This document shows positions 1-3,360 of a DNA stretch of 5,834 bases, piece after piece. A program made the position numbers and the translations under genes. Position 1 is the stretch's first letter. Every line of letters begins with the position of its first letter. The notes under the pieces are model-generated. The model searched no databases and had not been told where the DNA came from. It saw only the letters and a list, made by a program, of their open reading frames with translations. The stretch spans positions 1 to 5,834 of IMG/VR virus record IMGVR_UViG_3300045988_007363; one strand, given 5' to 3'. Origin of the DNA: a virus.

Positions 1-99
1 GTACAACGCCGCAGAAAGCTGGCAACAGATGCTCAGCACAACACATATGACACCCTACGGACTGACAAAAGCATTAACAAAAATTGCAAGCGGCACAGA
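1..99. repeat. Terminal redundancy, left copy, identical to 5736-5834. This is an assembly overlap of a circular genome.
   Basis: Base-by-base comparison shows all 99 nt identical to the last 99 nt of the window. The repeat lies inside one continuous reading frame (VP2). Confidence 0.95.
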
Positions 100-223
100 C
101 GATGCAATCAAAGATGCAGTAAAACCAACAACAAAACAACCAGACAAAAAAAACTACGTTAAACCGCAAGACAAAACAGGCAAATACGGAGAAAAAAGGA
201 AACCGGGTGATTATTTAAAATGA
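2..223 (+). CDS. VP2: 3' part of the minor capsid / DNA pilot protein VP2, continuing the frame opened at 5095 across the circular junction. Bases 2-99 duplicate 5737-5834.
   Basis: Position 1 (= 5736) is the third base of a TGG codon in the 5095 frame, and that frame continues to TGA 221-223. The track lists only the 29-223 fragment. The tail is Lys/Pro/Thr-rich (KPTTKQPDKKNYVKPQDKTGKYGEKRKPGDYLK). The stop overlaps the VP4 start (ATGA). Confidence 0.85.
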   Translation, partial: YNAAESWQQMLSTTHMTPYGLTKALTKIASGTDDAIKDAVKPTTKQPDKKNYVKPQDKTGKYGEKRKPGDYLK

Positions 224-1239
224 GTTGCTACAAGCCATTAATAAGGCTGTACAACCCGAACGATAAAGACATTAGCGGGAGGGTGTATTCACTCTCCCGC
301 TTTTCTCAATTAGCGGGAAGACAGCTCAAATATGAAGATCTAATGTACAGGAAAGATATAATGTTGATACCATGCGGGCAGTGTATCGGATGCAGAATCA
401 GACAAAGAGAGGACTGGACAACACGAATAGAATTAGAAGCAAAAGATTATCCAAGAGAACAAGTCTGGTTTATCACGCTAACCTATGATGACAATCATGT
501 ACCGGGCATGATAGTAAATACAGGCGAAATCATGCGAAAAGTTCAATACGTCTGGAAGCCAGGAGAGAAGCGCCCTGAAAGCGTCCAAACGTTGCTGTAT
601 ACTGACGTTCAAAAATTCTTAAAACGCCTCAGAAAGGCTTATAGGGGCAAATTACGCTATTTTATAGCGGGAGAGTACGGAGAGCAGACAGCAAGACCAC
701 ATTATCACATGATACTGTATGGATGGCAACCGACAGATCTAAAACACCTATACAAGATACAACACAACGGATACTTTACAAGTGAATGGCTATCAAACAT
801 ATGGGGAATGGGTCAAATACAGATAGCACAAGCAGTACCAGAAACCTATAGATATGTTGCTGGATACGTCACAAAAAAAATGTATGAGATAGACGGTCAC
901 AAAGCAAACGCATACTACGAACTAGGGCAAGCAAAACCATTCGCATGCATGAGCCTAAAGCCAGGTTTAGGCGATCACTATTACAAAGAGCACAAAGCAG
1001 AAATCTGGGAACAAGGCTATATCCAATGCACAAACGGCAAACACGCACAAATTCCGCGCTATTATGAAAAAATGATGAAAGCTGAAAACCCACAAAGATT
1101 ATGGCGAATTAAACAGAACAGACAAGCAAAAGCAATTGCAGAAAACCGGCTAAAATACGAAAACGCAGACTTTGCAGAACAGTGCAAGACAAAAGAAAGA
1201 GTGATCAAGAAGCAAATGAAGAGAAAAGGGACACTTTAA
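220..1239 (+). CDS. VP4: Replication initiation protein VP4, an HUH rolling-circle endonuclease analogous to phiX174 gene A.
   Basis: The 339-aa ORF has an N-terminal MSCYKPL followed by the IPCGQCIGCRIRQREDW cysteine cluster typical of gokushovirus VP4. It carries FITLTYDD (motif 1), the HUH motif PHYHMILYG (motif 2), and the two-tyrosine YxxxY motif YVAGYVTKK (motif 3), as in phiX174-type initiators. Confidence 0.95.
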   Translation: MSCYKPLIRLYNPNDKDISGRVYSLSRFSQLAGRQLKYEDLMYRKDIMLIPCGQCIGCRIRQREDWTTRIELEAKDYPREQVWFITLTYDDNHVPGMIVNTGEIMRKVQYVWKPGEKRPESVQTLLYTDVQKFLKRLRKAYRGKLRYFIAGEYGEQTARPHYHMILYGWQPTDLKHLYKIQHNGYFTSEWLSNIWGMGQIQIAQAVPETYRYVAGYVTKKMYEIDGHKANAYYELGQAKPFACMSLKPGLGDHYYKEHKAEIWEQGYIQCTNGKHAQIPRYYEKMMKAENPQRLWRIKQNRQAKAIAENRLKYENADFAEQCKTKERVIKKQMKRKGTL

Positions 1240-1256
1240 CAGTGTCATGGTGTCAC

Positions 1257-1292
1257 ATAGCCCAGTACCTATCAAGTAAGGTACTGGGCTAT
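1257..1292 (+). other. Perfect 14-bp stem-loop with an 8-nt loop, 18 nt after the VP4 stop. It is a candidate terminator or ssDNA origin/priming structure.
   Basis: Bases 1257-1270 (ATAGCCCAGTACCT) pair without mismatch to 1279-1292 (AGGTACTGGGCTAT). The loop is ATCAAGTA. The following TGTCGTCT is only moderately T-rich. The structure is certain; its function is not. Confidence 0.6.
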
Positions 1293-1351
1293 TGTCGTCT
1301 AAAGAGTCCATGTATCAAACTATTCAGTCTATCAAATAGCTATACTTTTAT

Positions 1352-1397
1352 CGCGCGTGCGCACGCGCGCGAAGCGCGCACGCGCGCATGCGCGGCC
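1352..1397. repeat. GC island of alternating purine/pyrimidine palindromes. It is prone to cruciform, Z-DNA or stable hairpin formation and may also act as an intrinsic terminator.
   Basis: 39 of 46 nt are G/C in an otherwise A-rich genome. There is an 18-nt perfect palindrome at 1352-1369 (CGCGCGTGCGCACGCGCG) and a 12-nt perfect palindrome at 1383-1394 (CGCGCATGCGCG). The 12-mer GCGCACGCGCGC occurs twice (1359-1370, 1376-1387). An alternative 11-bp pairing joins 1352-1362 with 1376-1386. Alternating Y/R tracts of 20 nt (1352-1371) and 21 nt (1374-1394) are present, followed by GCCTTTT. Confidence 0.85.
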
Positions 1398-1409
1398 TTT
1401 TAGGCACTA

Positions 1410-1439
1410 TTGTTCGCAAACTCACAAGTGCCGTATAAT
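1410..1439 (+). promoter_or_regulatory. Candidate sigma70-type promoter (weak -35, perfect -10).
   Basis: TTGTTC at 1410-1415, an 18-nt spacer, then TATAAT at 1434-1439, immediately downstream of the GC hairpin and T-run. The -35 matches only 3/6. Confidence 0.3.
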
Positions 1440-1479
1440 ATATAACTTGTTGTAGGAGTAGTAGTAGGGGTGGTGGAAA

Positions 1480-1647
1480 AGTTGAAAAGTACTAAAATTT
1501 AACGCTAAAGCGTAAATAAAAAGCAAAAAACACTGTTGAAAGTTTTGTTGAAAACTTGTTGAATTGTTGAAAGTTCGTCAAAATGACGGAAATCATTGTG
1601 CAACATTTTGTTGAAAACCTGTTGAAAGTGTTGAAAGTGTTGAAAAC
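1480..1647 (+). repeat. Iteron-like array of TGTTGAAA(AC/GT) repeats, all in the same orientation, in two clusters.
   Basis: Exact TGTTGAAA starts at 1534, 1546, 1565, 1609, 1620, 1629 and 1638. Near copies are AGTTGAAA at 1480 and TGTTGAAT at 1557. Spacings are 12, 11, 8 nt and 11, 9, 9 nt. Bases 1621-1647 form a 9-bp tandem run, GTTGAAAGT x2 followed by GTTGAAAAC (one mismatch). The clusters are separated by the small hairpin CGTCA-AAA-TGACG (1576-1588). Confidence 0.9.
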
Positions 1648-1680
1648 GCGCACAGCGCTTACAATGAATGGATTAGCCGA

Positions 1681-1699
1681 GCTCCGCATACGCTCCGCA
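1681..1699 (+). repeat. Direct repeat GCTCCGCA x2 with an 11-nt period.
   Basis: GCTCCGCA occurs at 1681-1688 and 1692-1699. The function is unknown. Confidence 0.5.
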
Positions 1700-1743
1700 C
1701 GGCAAGGCGCTAAAGCGCTCTCGAAACAAAGGAGCAAAACCAG

Positions 1744-1774
1744 GTTACAAGAGAAAGTTACAATTTTATTACAA
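1744..1774 (+). repeat. Three (G)TTACAA repeats immediately upstream of the peptidase promoter.
   Basis: GTTACAA occurs at 1744-1750 and 1757-1763, and TTACAA at 1769-1774, with spacings of 13 and 11 nt. They end 14 nt before the -35 box. Confidence 0.5.
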
Positions 1775-1787
1775 AACAGCAAAACCA

Positions 1788-1816
1788 TTGAAAAGCCTAT
1801 TGACAAGTAGTATAAT
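1788..1816 (+). promoter_or_regulatory. Near-consensus sigma70-type promoter for the peptidase-to-capsid gene train.
   Basis: TTGAAA at 1788-1793 (5/6), an exact 17-nt spacer, then TATAAT at 1811-1816 (6/6). It lies 44 nt upstream of ATG 1860 with AGAGGA in between. Confidence 0.6.
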
Positions 1817-1859
1817 AAAATTAGAGGAAGGTAAACAAAATAGAAGAGGATTAACAAAC

Positions 1860-2252
1860 ATGGAAATCAAAGCATATTTAGCAGAAGCGCAAGGAAACGA
1901 ACAAATTACAGATCACTTCAAAGTAAAGGAATTTGCATGCAAAGACGGAACACCAATCGTATTCGTTGACGATTATTTAGCAACCATTCTAGAAATCGCA
2001 AGAAAAAAAATCAATAAACCAATTATCATCACAAGCGGATATCGCACAGTAAGCCACAACAAAAAAGTAGGCGGAGCAAAATATAGCTATCACATGCGCG
2101 GCATGGCGGCAGACATCAGAGCGAACGGAATGACGCCAAAAGAACTTGCAAAAGTACTAAACAACATCGTCCCAAACAACAGCGGCATCATCGTATATGA
2201 CAACTGGGTACATTTCGATACACGAAATGAAAAATACAGAAAGGGGATGTAA
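1860..2252 (+). CDS. Zinc D,D-/L,D-peptidase of the M15 (LAS) family, resembling Peptidase_M15_3 / YcbK-like cell-wall peptidases. It is a putative peptidoglycan hydrolase.
   Basis: The 130-aa product from ATG 1860 has an upstream SD (GAGGA 1846-1850, 9-nt spacer). Signature sequences are HFKVKEFACKDG, then ITSGYRTVSHNKKVGGAKYSYHMRGMAADI, then WVHFDTR. This gives the expected H/D/H metal triad (H78, D85, H118). The track start at 1788 is a TTG lying inside the promoter, so I prefer 1860. Confidence 0.85.
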   Translation: MEIKAYLAEAQGNEQITDHFKVKEFACKDGTPIVFVDDYLATILEIARKKINKPIIITSGYRTVSHNKKVGGAKYSYHMRGMAADIRANGMTPKELAKVLNNIVPNNSGIIVYDNWVHFDTRNEKYRKGM

Positions 2253-2253
2253 A

Positions 2254-2367
2254 ATGGCACTGATTTCCATTAAAGACGTCAAGCAAGCAATCCGCATTAT
2301 GATGCAGATTCTCGAAAAGCTTGACGAAATCTATCATGCATTGCACGATAGTACCAACAAAAATTAA
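2254..2367 (+). CDS. Small hypothetical protein, 37 aa (MALISIKDVKQAIRIMMQILEKLDEIYHALHDSTNKN).
   Basis: It is not in the ORF track because it is too short. ATG 2254 lies 1 nt after the peptidase stop, with SD AAGGGG 2241-2246 (7-nt spacer). It exactly fills the gap to the next SD. It is predicted amphipathic-helical with no TM segment. Confidence 0.45.
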   Translation: MALISIKDVKQAIRIMMQILEKLDEIYHALHDSTNKN

Positions 2368-2379
2368 AAGGAGTAAACC

Positions 2380-2607
2380 ATGATGCACAAAACATGGAAC
2401 GTAAGAGACCAGACCACAGAAGCACTAAAAGAACTACTCATACGAAAATTAAAAGAAATTGACAACGACTACAAAATGCTTAGAAAAGTGTCAAATATCG
2501 AAGACGCTAAAAAGCTAGTAGATGAAATGTGGCAAATAAGAAGCTTTGCAAACGAAATTGATTTAGAGCTAATACGAAGGGAATATGAAAATGGCGCGAC
2601 ATCGTAA
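2380..2607 (+). CDS. Hypothetical protein, 75 aa, charged and helical.
   Basis: AAGGAG at 2368-2373 lies 6 nt upstream of ATG 2380. The ORF is co-directional and fits the gene train. I recognise no motif in it. Confidence 0.7.
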   Translation: MMHKTWNVRDQTTEALKELLIRKLKEIDNDYKMLRKVSNIEDAKKLVDEMWQIRSFANEIDLELIRREYENGATS

Positions 2608-2713
2608 GAAAATGAGCGGCGCAAAAGATCGCCGAATATTCAACACAACTGCACGAAAGACGAAAACTATCAACCTTAGCCAGAAACCTATGCGCGGTGG
2701 CATCCGGCTGTAA
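2591..2713 (+). CDS. Small basic DNA-binding/packaging protein (gokushovirus VP8/ORF8-like, functional analogue of phiX174 J).
   Basis: It is not in the ORF track. The sequence is MARHRKKMSGAKDRRIFNTTARKTKTINLSQKPMRGGIRL, with 13 of 40 residues Arg/Lys. The C-terminal PMRGGIRL matches the MRGGIR[LF] ending I recall for Chlamydia-phage-type ORF8 proteins. An alternative in-frame ATG lies at 2585. The ORF overlaps the end of the previous gene by 17 nt. Confidence 0.75.
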   Translation: MARHRKKMSGAKDRRIFNTTARKTKTINLSQKPMRGGIRL

Positions 2714-2729
2714 AAGAAAGGAAAAGACA

Positions 2730-2969
2730 ATGGAACATCTGTATTATGGACTGTGGGACAACGTAGCAAAGTGCTATGCATGGGTAGGCGAGAATAAGAA
2801 CAACGCAACGTTTGCACGAATGTGCAATGTAATGGAAAAGGATGAAAAAACCTTTGTAGGGCAGTCGCCGGAAGATTACACCGGCTATAAGTTAGCAAAA
2901 TTCAACGATGAAAACGGCGAATTTGTCAACGACAAGGAAAAAGTCTGGGAGGGCAAGCCGCATGAATAA
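2730..2969 (+). CDS. VP5-like non-structural protein, 79 aa.
   Basis: AAGGA at 2718-2722 lies 7 nt upstream of ATG 2730. The N-terminal LYYGLWDNVAKCY...NNATFARMC and central SPEDYTGYKLAKFNDENGEF resemble the pattern (xFxVxDxK...A.R.F...PEDFxLYxIGxFDdxxG) I recall for gokushovirus ORF5/VP5. The track start at GTG 2697 lacks an SD. Confidence 0.6.
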   Translation: MEHLYYGLWDNVAKCYAWVGENKNNATFARMCNVMEKDEKTFVGQSPEDYTGYKLAKFNDENGEFVNDKEKVWEGKPHE

Positions 2970-3360
2970 ACGATACGAGGAAGGGCGAGAGCCCTTCTTT
3001 TCCGAAAGCGGAGAAAAATTCCGGAAACAATACGTCTGGACAAAAGACGAAAAAGGACAAGAAGTACTGCAAGAAACAGCACCGATCGAAATTCAGCAAG
3101 AAATCGAAAGCTATGCTGAAGAATGCGATATTAAGAACATTATCCGAAAAGCAAGTTTTGACCCGCAATTTCTGAAAAGTCTATCACAGGGAGCACTAGA
3201 AGGAACAGAAGTGGACATCACCGAATTTCCACAAAACATTCATGAGTATCACCGCATGATAGCAACCGCACAGGCAAACGCAATAAAGCTTGAAGAGCTG
3301 AAAAAAATGGAAGCGGAAAAAGCAGAAGCAAAACCTGAAGCAAAGGAGGAAGAAAAGTGA
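2962..3360 (+). CDS. VP3: Internal scaffolding protein VP3, 132 aa.
   Basis: GGAGG at 2948-2952 lies 9 nt upstream of ATG 2962, which overlaps the upstream stop (ATGAATAA). The motif ECDIKNIIRK matches the conserved ECDIN.I..K core of Chlamydia-phage-type scaffold proteins. The C-terminal tail is acidic with alternating lysine/glutamate. It lies directly upstream of the capsid gene. The track start at 2908 has no SD. Confidence 0.75.
   Translation: MNKRYEEGREPFFSESGEKFRKQYVWTKDEKGQEVLQETAPIEIQQEIESYAEECDIKNIIRKASFDPQFLKSLSQGALEGTEVDITEFPQNIHEYHRMIATAQANAIKLEELKKMEAEKAEAKPEAKEEEK

Noticed and set aside
146-153. A8 homopolymers inside coding regions (146-153 in VP2, 873-880 in VP4, 2003-2010 in the peptidase) as programmed frameshift or slippage sites.
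   Set aside because: All are read as in-frame Lys codons, no meaningful alternative-frame ORF follows, and such runs are expected in an A-rich genome. They are, however, plausible sequencing-error hotspots.
29-223. A 64-aa ORF listed as an independent gene.
   Set aside because: It is the C-terminal end of VP2. The frame is open upstream to position 2 and continuous with 5095-5834 across the circular junction.
1182-1403. A + strand 73-aa ORF overlapping the VP4 end and running through the hairpin and GC island (ending ...ARAHAREARTRACAAF).
   Set aside because: It has no SD. The Ala/Arg tail is just the alternating GC tract read in frame. It spans obvious secondary-structure elements.
1444-1449. 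AACTTG, identical to part of the phiX174 origin core (CAACTTGATATTAATAAC), in an AT-rich stretch.
   Set aside because: Only a 6-mer matches, which is expected by chance about once per strand in 5.7 kb. The flanking bases do not match.
1428-1456. A XerCD/dif-like recombination site (GTGCCGTATAA-TATATA-ACTTGTTGTAG). This is relevant because some gokushoviruses lysogenise at dif.
   Set aside because: Compared by eye with E. coli dif (GGTGCGCATAA-TGTATA-TTATGTTAAAT), the match is 7/11, 5/6 and only 5/11 in the normally best-conserved XerD arm. The match to the B. subtilis dif right arm is worse. I found no ATAA-N6-TTAT inverted core anywhere in the intergenic region. A profile search with host-specific dif motifs would be needed to revisit this.
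1455-1476. The G-rich tract GGAGTAGTAGTAGGGGTGGTGG as a G-quadruplex in the ssDNA genome.
   Set aside because: Only two-tetrad G-runs with awkward loops are available, so predicted stability is low. It may be worth a G4 predictor run but is not supportable by eye.
1454-1502. AGGAG (1454-1458) followed by a 10-codon GTG ORF (1470-1502). There is also an orphan AAGGAG at 1729-1734 with no start codon downstream.
   Set aside because: The first has an 11-nt spacing to a GTG and gives a 10-aa product. The second has no start codon within range. Both are more likely chance purine-rich strings or parts of an RNA or DNA structure.
1480-1647. The TGTTGAAA repeats interpreted as a CRISPR array.
   Set aside because: The units are 8-10 nt with 0-4 nt (or one 34-nt) gaps. 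They are far too short and lack uniform spacers.
1800-1805. A perfect TTGACA hexamer as a -35 box.
   Set aside because: It lies only 5 nt from TATAAT (1811-1816) and has no -10 partner 16-18 nt downstream. The functional -35 is more likely TTGAAA at 1788-1793 (17-nt spacer).
1583-1810. A + strand 75-aa ORF inside the intergenic region (MTEIIVQHFVENLLKVLKVLK...).
   Set aside because: There is no SD before ATG 1583. Its N-terminal third is simply the translated TGTTGAAA repeats, and its 3' end overlaps the -35 box and spacer of the promoter (TAG 1808-1810, just upstream of the -10 at 1811-1816). Its codon choice (many G/C-ending codons) differs from the other genes. I cannot exclude it, so it is kept as a low-probability alternative in the iteron finding.
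1492-1857. Minus-strand 121-aa ORF with a very hydrophobic N-terminus (MLILFYFVYLPLILLYYLSIGF...) that superficially resembles a holin or membrane protein placed opposite the peptidase.
   Set aside because: The + strand is A-rich, so the complement is T-rich and yields Phe/Leu/Ile-rich pseudo-ORFs. It runs antisense through the repeat array and both promoters and has no SD. Microviruses are transcribed from one strand only. The same reasoning rejects every other minus-strand ORF in the track (869-1093, 2188-2388, 2569-2898, 2885-3082, 2926-3168, 3218-3445, 4031-4309, 4343-4627, 4542-4784, 4744-5010, 5091-5372, 5164-5379, 5466-5774), all of which lie antisense to well-supported genes.
1788-1859. 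Longer N-terminal extensions offered by the ORF track: TTG 1788 for the peptidase, GTG 2697 for the VP5-like ORF, and ATG 2908 for VP3.
   Set aside because: None has an SD. The 1788 start lies inside the promoter. In each case a downstream ATG (1860, 2730, 2962) has a properly spaced SD and yields a protein starting at the conserved region.
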